Origin: Lama guanicoe | Lineage: Eukaryota | Assembly: GCA_013239625.1 (NCBI GenBank) | Contig: MU053482.1 | Location: forward strand, 843,168 to 907,167 | Length of the DNA: 64,000 bases | Direction of reading: 5' to 3' | Shown: positions 26,020 to 38,808 of the stretch, piece by piece | How positions within the stretch are numbered: the stretch's first letter is position 1 | How the letters are laid out: each line of letters opens with the position of its first letter | Program-made: the position numbers and the translations under genes | Notes under the pieces: model-generated | What the model saw: the letters and a program-made list of their open reading frames with translations, nothing else | Database searches by the model: none | What the model was told of the DNA's origin: nothing

Positions 26020-26940
26020 CCCCCAGATGTGCTGCACACGGAGGATCCTGTATAGAACAATGTATCTTCTCCCAGGAGCGGTGCGTGGTAAAGAGGATCC
26101 GAGACCCAGGCGGGGAGCGGGAGCGTGGGAGCAGCCCCTTGCCGGGCGAGCCAATGGGAAGAGAGACTGGGCCTGGCGGCGAGGGTCGAACCACTCCTGG
26201 CGGCCCAAGAAGCCCTCCGCGCGCTTGCTCGGCTCCCAGCGGAGGCGGGAGGTTTGGCGTAAAGGGTCAGAGTTCCCCCTTCGCATCAGACAACAGGTAC
26301 CTGTTGAGCCCTTCCTTTCCCTTTTCCTCGTTGGCTCGTGGCTTTCAGCGCTGGAATTGCACCTTCCCCACTAATGCCTACTGTGTGACCCGAGGTATGG
26401 AATGGGCCTCTTCCGTGCGTGTGTTTTGCCTGTTCTGAAGTACAGAGTTAGAGCCCGTAAGTCTTTCCAGCGCCCTCATTCTGGGTGGAAGACCAGGAAG
26501 GGCAAGCAGACCCCAGCCTGAAGCCCAAGAGGAGAGCTGCCAGGATCCCCCTGGGTGGAGAAGGCAGCAGCCTGGAGGGCGCAGGCCATGACCTCGGGCA
26601 GGAGAGGTCACTTTCCACGTTAAAGTCCGCGGTCACGTGGGGGAGGCGGAGAGCTCAAGACGCGGGTGCGCACGTGGGCAAGGAGTCCAGTTTGGGTGGA
26701 CCTAGAGTGGCCTTTAACTCGGGTGCAATGCTCCGTTTCTTAACTCTCCTGATGTCAGGTGGTAAGGTTATCCCCACTTTGATGAATTCAGGCAGGTCTC
26801 TCTCTTCTCTGCCCTGGAGCAGGTGTTTAACCTTCACTCCGAGAATCTTCCCTCCACCTGTGCTCCGCGGTGATTTCTCCAGCCTGTGCCGCCTCCAAGC
26901 CCCTCTCCAGACCGAAGACAAAACCGCCAGCCTTAAACTT
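26020..26940. promoter_or_regulatory. Second CpG island; candidate NLRP14 promoter or alternative first exon
   Basis: CpG-rich. CCAAT 26151-26155, GGCGGGA 26244-26250, CACGTG 26634-26639 and 26671-26676, plus-strand donor CAG|GTACCT at 26297. Confidence 0.6.
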
Positions 26941-27499
26941 TGTAGTTTCTGTGCTCCCTGATACCAGTTTTTCTCTCTCCCCTTCTTCCTAGCAAAGCTC
27001 TAAAAAGAGTATCGCATGTTTGCTCCCTCCACCCATAATAGCGAGGCTTTATCACTCCTACACCCTCCTCCCCAGCAGTGACCTAAAATTGCTCTCTTCA
27101 GAGGTTACCAGTGAGGTCCCACGCGCCAAATTCAAGTACAGTGGGCGGGGCATTCATTTCTTTATCTCTTTGAGATTTGACAAATTGATGATACCTCTGT
27201 CACCTTTTTATTTTCCCGCTTATTTAAGTAATATATTCTGATTAAAGAAAGTTGCCACGCGTTATCCTAAACCCAAAACACAACCGTGGTTAATACTTCG
27301 ATATATTTTGTCTCGTCTTTTATGCAGAGGTTTTAATTCCTTGGTTATCCTTATATTCCTACCATATGCTTTTAACCATACACATGTTGCATATCTCAGT
27401 ATGAAGAAATCATTTTAATGACTGAAAAATCAAGTGTGGGCTGTATCTTATGCATTTATTTCATTAATCATAATTAAATTTTCATTTGTTGACAATTAT

Positions 27500-30140
27500 T
27501 TACTATTATGCGCAAAACTTTCTTTCCTGTATTTGGGAAACTTTCCATTGCATAATTTCCCAGAGAGAGTTAATAATTGAAAAGTCATGCATGTTTTACT
27601 CCATAGTTGTGGACATGCAGCTTTCCAAGAGTGTAGCAATTAATATTTACACTAACAAAATCTGCACCATTCCTCTCTCATCATCATATAGTATTCTTTA
27701 AAGCTTATTTTTGCAGTTTTAATAAGTGTGGAGTGATATCACCTGGTTTGTATTAGTTTTGGTATCTGCTTAAGTTTGAACATTTTCTGAAATACTTGTT
27801 AGCAATTTTCCTCCCTCTATGAAAAGGTTATTTACAGTAGTTTGCTTTTGGTGCTTTTCTAATATATTCGTATTATGTCTTTCTGGTGATATTAACCTTT
27901 TTAAAACCATATTTTAGCATGGACTATAACTCACATAGAAAATTGCATTAAACTTAGGTGTGCATCTTAGTCAATGATTACCCAGTGATCATCCATGTAA
28001 ACCAACACCATTTCAAGGAACAGAGTGTTACTAATACTATTCGCATTACTTCAGAGTGCCCCAGAGCCCCGGGAAACTTCCTGACTACAAATTCCTCCCT
28101 CCCTGCAGATTTGACCCTAAACTGACTTTTATGGTAGTGACTTCCTTACCCCTACCCCATTTAAAGAATACGACTTTAGAGGGAAGGGTATATAGCTCAG
28201 TGGTAGAGTATGCACTTAGTTTGCACAAGGCCCTGGGTTCAACCCCTGATATCTCCATTAAAATAAATAAACTTAATTACCCCCTCAAAAATAAAGAAAG
28301 AATATGGCTCTAACACTTATGCCTGCATCCATAAACAGTATACTAGTTCAGTTTTCTACTTTTTTAGCTTTGATTTTTTATAAATGGAACTATATGGTAT
28401 ATGATCTTTTGGGGTTTGGCTTCTTTCATGGATTATCTTTGTGTGATTCATCCTAGGGGCATGTATCTGCAGATCATGTATTTTCATGGCTGTGTAGGAT
28501 TTCATTCTATGAATTAATCACAATTTATTTATTGGTTCTACTACAGGTTTATTCTTGGATCTTTTCCAGTGCTTAGGAATTATAAACAATGCTGCTATGG
28601 CTATTTCTGTATGTCTCTTGGTATATACCTGCACATATATTTCTGTTAGGTATATTCTGAGGACTGTAACTGCTAGGCCATAGGGTATGCATAATCCAAT
28701 TTTTAAAAACCATTTTATTTTAGAATAGTTTTCATTTTACAGAAAATTCTTGTGTACCCATCACCCAGTTTCCCCTGTTTTAACATCTTGTATTCCTGTA
28801 GCATATTTGTAACAACTAAGGCAATTAATTAAGACTATTTACTCATACTTAGTTCAGATTTCACTTTTTTTTTTCTAGTACTCTTTCTACTCTTGGATCC
28901 TTTCCAGGATACCATATTAAAATTAGTGATCTTTTTCTTCTTAGTTGCCTCTGGTCCGTGACAGTTTCTCAGTCTTTCCTTGTTTTTGATGGCCTTGACA
29001 GTTTTGAGAAGTACTGGTCAGGTATTTTGTAGCATTTCATTTTGGGTTTGTCTGATATTTTCCTCATGGTTAGACTGGGATTATGGATTTGGGGGAGGAA
29101 TATTATAGTGTTTATGTGTCATCTCATCAGATCACATCAGTGGTACATCATGTCAACAGTGGCTTATGATTGATGATATTAACCTTGATCGCCAGGCTAG
29201 GGTGGTGTTTGTCTGGTTTCTCCACTTAGTAAACCACTAAGCACTGTCCACACTCCTGCGTGGGGGTGGGCTGGGGTTAAGATCCACCTCCTGGAGGAGG
29301 GAATATCTATGTAAAGTATCTGGAATTCTTCTATAAGTAAAATTTGTCTCTCTCCCCCTGTTAATTTTTGCATTCAGTCATTTGTCTGCATCAGTATGGA
29401 CCTATGGACACTTGCTTTATACTTTAGGTTATAATCCAATACTACATTATTTAATTAGGCCATTGGGAGCTGTTTTGGGTTGTTTTTTTTGCCATACTTC
29501 ATCCTTTTATTTTCCTTACTTTCTGGCACAACAAGGAGGTCTAAGCTCAGTTTGTATACTCCTAGCCCAGCCCCTGAATCGGCAGTGTCTCCAAGGAGCC
29601 CTCGTTGCTCCTGTTGGTGAAGGGTGTTAGAAACCGGCATCTGGGTCTGGGAGCATAGCTCCTGTTTTAGTAGTTAATGCCTACAGTTCTAAAGTGGTTT
29701 TACCCATTTACACTTCAACTCTTTACTTGTCAGATTTCCTGTAAACATTTGCTGGTTTTGGCTTCCCTTTTGTGTTTGAATTCTTCTGGACAGGAAGTTT
29801 TAATTTCAACATAGTTAACAATGTATCTTCTAACATTCATACTGTTCTTGATCATTTCCTTTATTGTGCCAAAGCTTTTAAGTTCCTCCTCTGGTAAGGT
29901 GTGATGAATATGTTCTGCTTTTTCACCCCTCTGGTTTGAAGTATTAACAATTTGCTAATTTGTTATATCTGAAATTTATTCTGTGAGGATCCTAATTTTT
30001 GTCTGAAGGTTTACCAGTTGTCCTAATAATCTACACTGAATGTTTCTCTTCCCAATTATGACATTTTTTCTATCATACGTTAAAATCTCATGGGAGTGCC
30101 TTTTCCTGAGCTATCTACTCTTGTTTCTTTGATTTGTTAC
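27500..30140 (-). mobile_element. Old antisense L1M fragments
   Basis: T-rich L1 3'-end-like motifs (TATAAACAATGCTGCTATG; GACAGTTTTGAGAAGTACTGGTCAGGTATTTTGTAG); boundaries approximate. Confidence 0.6.
28179..28296 (+). mobile_element. tRNA-Ala-derived SINE (vic-1-like)
   Basis: Same head and tail as the other copies; imperfect TSD AAAGAATACGACTTTA / AAAGAATATGGCTCTA. Confidence 0.85.
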
Positions 30141-30191
30141 AGTTATATCATCGAGAAAGGGTGATGAGTTGTATACACAGAAGGCTTTGGA

Positions 30192-30392
30192 ATTGGTTTC
30201 AACCGGGGCAGTTTGCTGCCCAGGGGACATGTGACATTTTGTTTGTCACAGCTGTGGGAGATTGAGGGTTCTAATGGCATGTACTGGATAGAGGCCAGGA
30301 ATGCTGCTAAACATCATATAGTGTACTTACAGTGTCCCCCAAATAAAGAATTACCTGGAAAAAAAAAGTAGTGGTGAGGTTGACAAACTGCT
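30192..30392. mobile_element. MER20 hAT element
   Basis: TCAACCGGGGCAG…CCAGGGGACAT…GGCAT.TACTGGATAGAGGCCAGGAATGCTGCTAAACATC…GAGGTTGACAAAC. Confidence 0.8.
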
Positions 30393-30974
30393 ATAGGAGA
30401 TCCCATTTGGTGCAAGAAAGGAAACCAAGCAGGGATGTATGAAAAGGGGAGAATAGCCTGTTTCCTAGATAAAATGTAACTTCTTCAAGACCTCGTCATC
30501 TCTACCCTCTTTGGAAAAGAACCCCTCCTTCCTTCGTGTTCTCCTGGAACTAGAAGATTGCCATTCTCTTCCCCTAGCACAAGGGCAGCTATCAGAGCAT
30601 AGCCACACCGATTTCCTATCACTCTGAATTCCCAGTGCCTGGGAAGATCAAGTGAAATGAAAAGGTAGGTGGCACCTGGTAGAAAGAAAATGAACTTTGC
30701 AGTCTGATAAGCTACTTGTCAACTCTGTAACCTGGGCAAGCTTCTTAATTTCTGAGGCCCAGTGTCTATAAAATTGTAGTTAAAACCAAACTTTTGGGAC
30801 TAGAGAAAATTCTCATAAAGAACCTAACACAGTAGATCCTCAACAAATGTGGTGATTATTAAAACAGCTGGTATCTCACTAATTACTGTAGGATAAAATC
30901 CTGATTTACTATGTAATTTTGAGATAATTCACTTTTTGTTTAAGAAGTAAAATCTCCTTTCTGAACATTTTAAT

Positions 30975-31114
30975 ATTATTATTGAGGTATAGTCAGTTTG
31001 CAGTGTGTCCATTTCTGGTGAATAGTATGTTTCAGTCATATATGTATATATAAATTTGTTCCTTTTCATATTCTTCCTCATTATAGGTTACTACAATGTA
31101 TTGAATATAGTTGC
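30975..31114 (-). mobile_element. Very short LINE-1 3' end with a 21-bp TSD
   Basis: Reverse complement of the L1 3' terminus; TSD CTCCTTTCTGAACATTTTAAT (30954-30974) / CTCCCTTCTGTACATTTTAAT (31115-31135). Confidence 0.8.
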
Positions 31115-32317
31115 CTCCCTTCTGTACATTTTAATTTCTCCCTTCCATCTTCTCCAATCCCATTGGCAAGAGCAGGGGATGGCGTTTTGAAAGACTGGAA
31201 AGGAGAGGGGGCTTAGAGAAAGATCTAGGTCGAGTTCCAGCTGTACCACTTACTAGCCCTGTCTCTTTAGGCAAATCACCGAAGAAGGGGTGAGTAACTT
31301 GAAGATACAATTTAAATTATGAACTGGAGTGCCCGTGCTAAATAAGAAATTCAATAAAGCTTTTAAGACAGGTGATAAATAAGAGGAAAACACAGGGCTC
31401 AAAGGACTAGGATTTGATAACATTTGAAGAACTGTCACCATGGGAGTGAGGACATGAAACTGCTCAATTAACTGGAAGGTATTAATTTAAGAGTTTAATT
31501 AATTTAAGGGACTTGGCAGTTTAACAGTTCGGGTGGTCCTTGCTGATAAATTCTGAGTGAGAACATCAGAGTGAAATGCTGGAGTGGAACAAGGTCATGG
31601 GAGTTGAGGTCAGGGATGGGAGAGAATGCTGTCTGGGATGGGTTTTAACTTTGCACTCACCCAGAATAATTGTGGTGTTGGGGAACAGATGTGAAAGGAG
31701 CTTGTGAACTAGGAACACAGACCTTTAGGGACTTGGTATGGATTTGTGACCAGAGATGACATGACAAGAAGACATAAAAGGTGGCATATGCCAATTGCAT
31801 GTGCTTCAAGAGTAATGATGGGGGCACAATAACATTTTATGGGCTGAGGTATATGTTGGGTGTTGGTGGGGGAGAGAGGGAATGAGGAAACTTGCCTGTA
31901 CTTAGGAGGAGTCTGTTCTGAGCCAGTCGACACGTGAACTCTACCTCATTTAATCCGTACTGCAGTCCTCTGAGATTGGTTCTGATATCCTCGCTTAGCA
32001 GAAGAGTAATGAAAGATGAATTGCCGTTTTTTCTTTCTTACAGCTCGTAAGTATGGGACTGGGAGTAACTCTTGGGAAGGTGGAAGAAAGGAGAAGTGGT
32101 TTGTATCAGAGGAATATTTTTGTGATAGAACATGTATTACAGCGGACACTAGGTCAATCCTGAACCCTTATATAGTGGACTTCAACACACGTTTGTTGAA
32201 TTAATCTAGATTTTTAGAGGTATTTCATTTTCTAATCTTACTTTTCCATAGGTCCCGTTTATTCCATCTTTTGATTATTTTTCCACACTGAAGCTTGAAT
32301 ATTGATTCATGGACAAG

Positions 32318-32609
32318 ATGACAGATGTGTCTTCTTCCTCCTACTTTTCTGATTTTGGGCTGCTCCTATATTTGGAGGAGCTAAACAAAGAGGAATTAAA
32401 TATATTCAAGTCATTCCTGAAGAACGAGACCGTGAGACCTGGGTCCCGCAGGATACCCTGGTCTGACGTGAAGAAGGCCAAGCGGGAGGATCTGGCTAAC
32501 TTGATGAACCAGTATTACCCGGGAGGGCAGGCCTGGGATGTGGCTCTCAAAATCTTTGGCAAGATGAACCTGAAGGGCCTGTGCCAGAGAGCAAAAGCAG
32601 AGATCAGCT
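32318..32609 (+). CDS. NLRP14: NLRP14 coding exon 1 (pyrin domain); an in-frame upstream ATG lies at 32309
   Basis: MTDVSSSSYFSDFGLLLYLEELNKEEL…FGKMNLKGLCQRAKAEIS is a PYD; donor T|GTGAGT at 32610, phase 1. Confidence 0.93.
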
Positions 32610-33428
32610 GTGAGTGATGCTGGAGACACATCCCGGGGTGGGGAGAAGGAAGTGCTTCCTGGAGCCCATTGATTCTATGAAAGGGACATGGGTGTTAAAC
32701 TATTCTGTGGATACACACTCCATGATGCTCAAGTACAGTGGGAGCTTGTTGGGTCATTTGAGGAACACCAAAGAGGCCATAGGGTTTTGAGTACTGTTAC
32801 TCAGCCTGGCTCCTTCACTGGAAGAGATCCATCCATCTTGTACCAGTTAGAATGATTAAAGGAATGGAGTGATAAGAATTGTCCCATCTAATGTTCCTTG
32901 GCCTAAACTACAAATAAAGTGACAGGTTAGGCTAAATTTTAAGGACTCACAAATATGATTTTAAATCTTTGCTGAAGGATAAGAAGTGGGCAAAAAATTA
33001 TTAAGGGATGTAAGCCAAAATGATAATTTTAGTCATTCCCAGCTGTGAAATCCTGTAGTCATCTAAATTTCTTACTCATATACAAGGCTTTATAGCTGCA
33101 AAATGTGTATGCATTGATATTGTGTATCTTCTGAGCCTCACCTTCTCTCTGTGAGGTCAGTATAGATGAGGAAGCTTAGGCTTAGACGAGACCACTTGCC
33201 TTAGAGTTACAGGATGGGAGGCATGGCAGGAGGTGTCCTGCTTCAGTGCTGTTCACACCACTTCACATCTCCCTCAGCTAAGCTGGTCCAGTCTGAGGCT
33301 CTGTTGGCTCTAGTTTTCTTAAACCCAAATGATCAGAGAATTGGACCACTGAGGAAAATTGTGTTCTGGTCATCACCAATTCTCCTTATTTTTGGTAAAT
33401 CTCATGATCCTTTTGGAATCTGTTGCAG

Positions 33429-33500
33429 GGATAGCCAAGACGGTGAGACCAGAGGACACCGGGGCCAGAGAGGTACAAGGTCATCAAGAAGCTGTGCTGG
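33429..33500 (+). CDS. NLRP14: NLRP14 coding exon 2 (72-nt linker)
   Basis: tgttgcag|GG…CTGG|gtaagt; encodes (W)IAKTVRPEDTGAREVQGHQEAVL(G), phase 1-1. Confidence 0.9.
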
Positions 33501-33635
33501 GTAAGTTTGAGTCAGCTTTGGGAGGTTGGAGCTTCTGAAGCATGATGGAGGAGGGCTATCTCCCAGGGGACCTTTGTGCAACACTTGTTGACTTCTGGTA
33601 ATATCCTACCTGTTCAGTGGTTATCTTTGAAAAAG

Positions 33636-34090
33636 CCATAAAAAAAGAATAACACAATGCCATTTGCAGCAACAGGGATGGACCTGGAGACCATCATTCT
33701 AAGTGAAGTAAGCCAGAAAAAGAAAGAATAATACTATGTGACATCACTTATATGTGGAATCTTTTTTAAAAAATGAGACAAATGAACTTATTTATAAAAC
33801 AGAAACAGACTCACAGACATAGAAAACAAACTTGTGGTTACCAGAGCGGGAGAAAGGGGGTGGAGGGATAAATTGGGAGTTTGGGATTTGCAGATACTAA
33901 GTACTATATATAAAATAGGTAGACAACAAGGTCCTACTGTATAGCACAGGGAACTATATTCACTTCCTTGTAATAGCCTATAATGAAAGAGAATATGAAA
34001 AGGAATATATATAGTATAACTGAGTCACTGTGCCATACACCAGAAATTAACACAACATGGTAAACTGACTATACTTCAATTAAAAAAAAA
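33636..34090 (+). mobile_element. 5'-truncated LINE-1 3' end in an NLRP14 intron
   Basis: ATGCCATTTGCAGCAACAGGGATGGACCTGGAG…CATTCTAAGTGAAGTAAGCCAG, close to 14900-15320; poly-A tail. Confidence 0.88.
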
Positions 34091-35578
34091 TGAGTTGGCA
34101 AAACTGGCTCTCTGGACAAAGTCAGAAACAGGGCTCTGTTAATTCAGAGCCTCAAGAGAGCTGTATTTGGAAATGGCCAGTCAAAAGTTGACAGTCTGAA
34201 GAGCAAAGGTATGTTGATCTTGTTTTATGGACTGAAGAGTCCCTGAGTTGGTGGGGACTGTTTGGCTTATTGAATCTCTTTACTTCCATTAGAAATGATA
34301 CTGTAATTGAGTTCTGGGGTAGTGACCAGCTAGTCTATGTAAAATGTAGTTTCTAGGTCTTCTCAGTCTTAGTTCAGTACCATTTCCATTCCCCCTACTT
34401 TGTTTTGAATTCTGTACAACTGAATTCCAGTTTATATAAATGGAATTACATTACAAAGAAAACTCAACCAAGTGAGAAACCTTCATTCTTAACTCAGCTA
34501 TGCTGCATTCTAACGGGCCACCTAATTTCATTCAAGAAATAATTGAGAACCTGCTTCATTCCGAGCACTAGTAAATAGAACTTTCTTATTGTATTAAATG
34601 ATTTTGAAGATAACTTCCTGCTTGGACTTTAATTTCTGATACAATATAAGCAAGTTTATTTTTGTGGCGTAACTGGCCGTAAATTTAGGAAACCAAGGTT
34701 CCACCGCCATAGAAATTTACTCTGGAAAATTCGGTAGATAAATGTATAATGAAGAAACTAAAAATCATCCTTATAATCTCAATTTTTAAAAATACAGCAC
34801 TTTACTAGGTATTATACCATTCAAAGACAGAGTCCCTGCCTTCTAATACCATCCCTTCCATTGGGGGAGAACAAAGCATAATTTAGTGGGAAATGAGCTA
34901 TGTTAGATGTTTGTACTGAATGCCTCAGAGCAGGTGAGACTTGGTGTGTACCCTTTAAGAGCAGTCTGTTTCCCACAGCCCCCCAGCTCACCTGAAAGTG
35001 AGCCCTGCTGCCTTCAAAGCCAAATGTTCTGGGGGCTCAGCCCATCTTCCCAGGGCAGGACCCCAGGACGGGGAAGCTTGATGTGGGACTCAGCCCTCTC
35101 GCTCCTCAGGGAGGATCCTGTAACTGTTCATTTCCGTTAATGTTTTATCTGTATAAAGTGGATTCTTTTGATCTGTAGATTAAGGTCCTCTCTGGCAATT
35201 ACTGTTAATTGTTGCCTAGGTCCTCTTTTTATCTGGATGATGGCTCTGTTCCCCACACATGCCATCCTTTTTCTCTGTAGAGTAGAAGTACAAAGAAGAT
35301 AAAAAATATTTCTAGAACGAACCTAATTTTTATTTTTCCACCCTAAATGTCTGCATTATCAGTTCTATTTTTACACAGTTTCTAATGTAGGTTTTAAATC
35401 TGCAGGAATGTTTTTGTTTTATTTCCATTCTTTTCTCATGTAAACTGCTGTAGGTTGATTTCAGCCTGTATCTTGTTCCTGCTCTAAGTCCTCCAGTATT
35501 CTTAACATTGCAAACCATAGAGTTTATTTTAATCTTGTGTATCTTCCCTCCCCCCCATCTCCTTTCTAACTGACTTAG

Positions 35579-37175
35579 GTGATGGAACAAAATACAGAAT
35601 TCAAATAGAGGAAAAATTTCGCTTCATGTCGAATAAGAACTGTTTGCTTGCAGAATCTGGAAATTTCTGTCATGAAATCACTCAGGAGAGCCGAGAACTG
35701 TTGGAACGTTTGTTTGGTGAGGATGTCAGAACCGGCGTGCAGCCGCAGACAGTGGTCCTTCAGGGGCCTGCTGGAGTCGGGAAGACAACCTTGGTGAGAA
35801 AGATGATGTTAGATTGGGCACAGGGCAATCTCTACCAGCAGAAATTTACCTATGTTTTTTATCTCAATGCAAGAGAAATTAACCCATTGAGAGAGAAAAG
35901 CTTTGCTGAAATGCTGTCAGATGACTGGCCCAGCACAGAAGGGCCCATCGAAAGAATTATGTCCCAGCCGAGTGGTCTCCTTTTTATTATTGATAGTTTT
36001 GATGAACTACACTTCGCCTTTGAGGAACCCGAGTTTGTGCTGTGTGGCGACTGGACCCAGGTACACCCTGTGTCCTTCCTCGTGAGTAGTTTGCTGAGAA
36101 AAGTGATGCTCCCTCAGTCGTCCTTATTGGTGACGACAAAACTCACAGCTTTTAAGAAACTAAAGCCTTTATTGAAGAGTCCGCGTTCTATACAGCTACT
36201 AGGTATGTCTGAGAATGCAAGAGAGGAGTATATTTGCCAGTTTTTTGAAGATGAGAGGTGGGCCCTGCAAGTGTCCAGTTGCCTAAGAAACAATGAGATG
36301 CTTTTCAGCATGTGCAAAGTCCCCCTGGTGTGCTGGGTCATTTGTAATTGTCTGGAGCAGCAGATGGAGAAGGGTGGTGATATCACGTTGACCTGCAGGA
36401 CAACCACAGCTCTGTTTACCTGCTGTATCTCTAGCTTGTTCACACGTGTAGATGGACGCTTTCCTAGTCTACCCAGCGAAACCCAGCTGAGGAGCCTGTG
36501 TCACTTGGCTGCCAGGGGAGTATGGACTATGACTTATGTGTTTTACAAGGAGAATCTCAGAAAGCATGGGTTAGTTAAATCTGATGTCTCAGTTTTCCTG
36601 GACATGAATATTCTTCAAAGGGATGCAGAGTATGAAAATTGCTATATGTTCCCCCACCTCCACATTCAGGAGTTTTTTGCAGCTATGTTTTATATGTTGC
36701 AAGACAGTTGGGACACCGGGGACAATTCCTTCCAGTCTTTTGAAGACCCAGAGCTGTTACTTGAAAGCAGCAGTTGTAATGACCCCCACTTGCTGCAGAT
36801 GAAATGCTTTCTGTTTGGCCTTTTGAATGAAGATCTAGTAAAACAACTGGAGGAAACTTTCAACTGTAAAATGTCCTTGGAGATGAAATGGAAGACACTA
36901 CAGTGGATGGAAACACTAGGAAACAGTGACCCTTTTCCATCACACCTGGTTTTTCTGGACTTGTTTCACATTCTATATGAAACTCAAGATGAAGCCTTTA
37001 TAAACCAGGCAATGAGATACTTCCCAAAGGTTGTCATTAATATTTGTGAGGAAATCCATTTGCTCGTGTCTTCATTCTGCCTGAAGCATTGCCAGTACTT
37101 ACGGACCATTAAACTGTCTGTAACTGTGGTATTTGAGAAGAAGGAGTTAAACTCCAGCCCCCAAGCTGAAACTTG
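35579..37175 (+). CDS. NLRP14: NLRP14 coding exon 3 (NACHT, winged helix, HD2; 1597 nt)
   Basis: Walker A GPAGVGKTT, Walker B LLFIIDSFDEL, CKVPLVCW and FPHLHIQEFFAAMFY. Acceptor cttag|GT and donor TG|GTAAGT. Confidence 0.96.
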
Positions 37176-38808
37176 GTAAGTGTGTCAGGTCAGTTCCCTG
37201 GAAGTGCCCTGCGAGGGAGTGAAGGGAATAGATTTTGTCCGAGGGCAGGGAGGAGTTGTTCGAGGTCCCAGAGCCAGGATAACCTTTCACAGTTGTCCCA
37301 CCCTGATGCAAGGAGGCCAGGCACTGAAACCCCTTATTGACCAGGCACGGCTCCTGGTGAGGAATGGGCGGAAGCTCTCTTGGCCTGGGGGCTATCCCAA
37401 GGGAGGGAGGGGGCTGAGAGCGGTCAGCTGTCAACACCCCCAACGACTGGGGAATGAATGCTTCAGTCCTTAAGGCGGGACGCGGCACGGGGCTACCTTC
37501 CATCCACTGCAACACAATGTTTAACTTTCTACGATGATGTCCTCCTGAAGAACAGGGACGAGGAATTTCTCGCTGAACCTAGTGTACACGGGTCCTCTCT
37601 CTGGGCTGTTTCACTGTACTCGCCTTCCCTGTCACCTAGACAGAGCTTGGGCTTGTATGAAAGGTCTCAGCCGTCTAACAGCTAAATGGAGAGAGTCAGA
37701 TGTGGGGCAAGAGTTAGTAGGTTTTGAAGTGTTTTGAAAGGATAAATGAAGCTTCAGCATTTTAGGCATATTATTTTACCCTCTGTCTTTCCTCAAGTTG
37801 CCTTTTTTGACTCTACCCATCTGAGTCTGGGGGAGGAATTGAACTCATAAGTTCCAGATTTAATTCATTGAGGGTTTACTATGTGGTATACAGTTACATA
37901 ATACAGGGGCTATTTAGCATGTTACCCAGCTTAACGCTGGTCAAAACCATACTTCAGTTTATTTTTAAGATTATAAAAGTGAGATTCAGAGAAATAAGTG
38001 TATAATGATTAATTCAAGCACACACCAAATAATAGCTAACATTTGCTTAACACATACCTGACAGTCTTCTAAGTTCCAGCTCAGTCTCCCAACAATCCTA
38101 GGTACATACTGTTATTTCCATTTTACTTATTTAAAAAACCGAGGTACCAAGAAGGTATATAACTTGACGGATGTCACACGTCTGATTATAAGTCCTTGGT
38201 TTTCCAATTTTGCCCAAGCTCTCATTGCCATTACATACAATTGTATTCGTCTTATAAGAACATGTTTTCATTCTTCTCTGAACTGTGGGAGTAGGAGTTT
38301 TAGGCTGGGATGCTATGACCTTTATTGTCCTTGAGGAGTTGTGATTAGTCACCTTCAGTGAATTTTCTTAATTCTGACTTCATAGTTCTATTTACAGAAG
38401 ATGTGAGTGAACCCAGGACATTGGAATGTATTTTATGCTTAATAATAAGTGTTAGGAAGGCTTTCTGGCCACTGTCTTGCTAGTCTTTGTGTTACCTTTC
38501 CCTCACCTGTGTAATCCTAGAGTTGGCATTGTTGCGAAAATAAAAGAGGCTGAGAACTCAGTGTTTTAAAAGGGACATTATAGGTGACCTCAGTCTTTTT
38601 CTACAACATAAGTATACTGTAAACGTCATCAGAGCAGGATCTCTGTCTTGTTCACCGTTTTATCTGTAGTATCCGTACATAGTAAGCACTTGAATGTTTG
38701 CCTAGTCTTCTCAAATTTAAGACCCCCAGTGATGTAGAGACCACCATTCTGCAGTGTCATTCATTTCACTTTAAGTAAATCATGGGAGAACCAATATGTA
38801 TTGAGTAG

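Noticed and set aside
25931..26961. ORFs of up to 158 aa in the second CpG island
   Set aside because: Low-complexity Arg/Gly/Pro content expected from GC richness; no recognisable homology.
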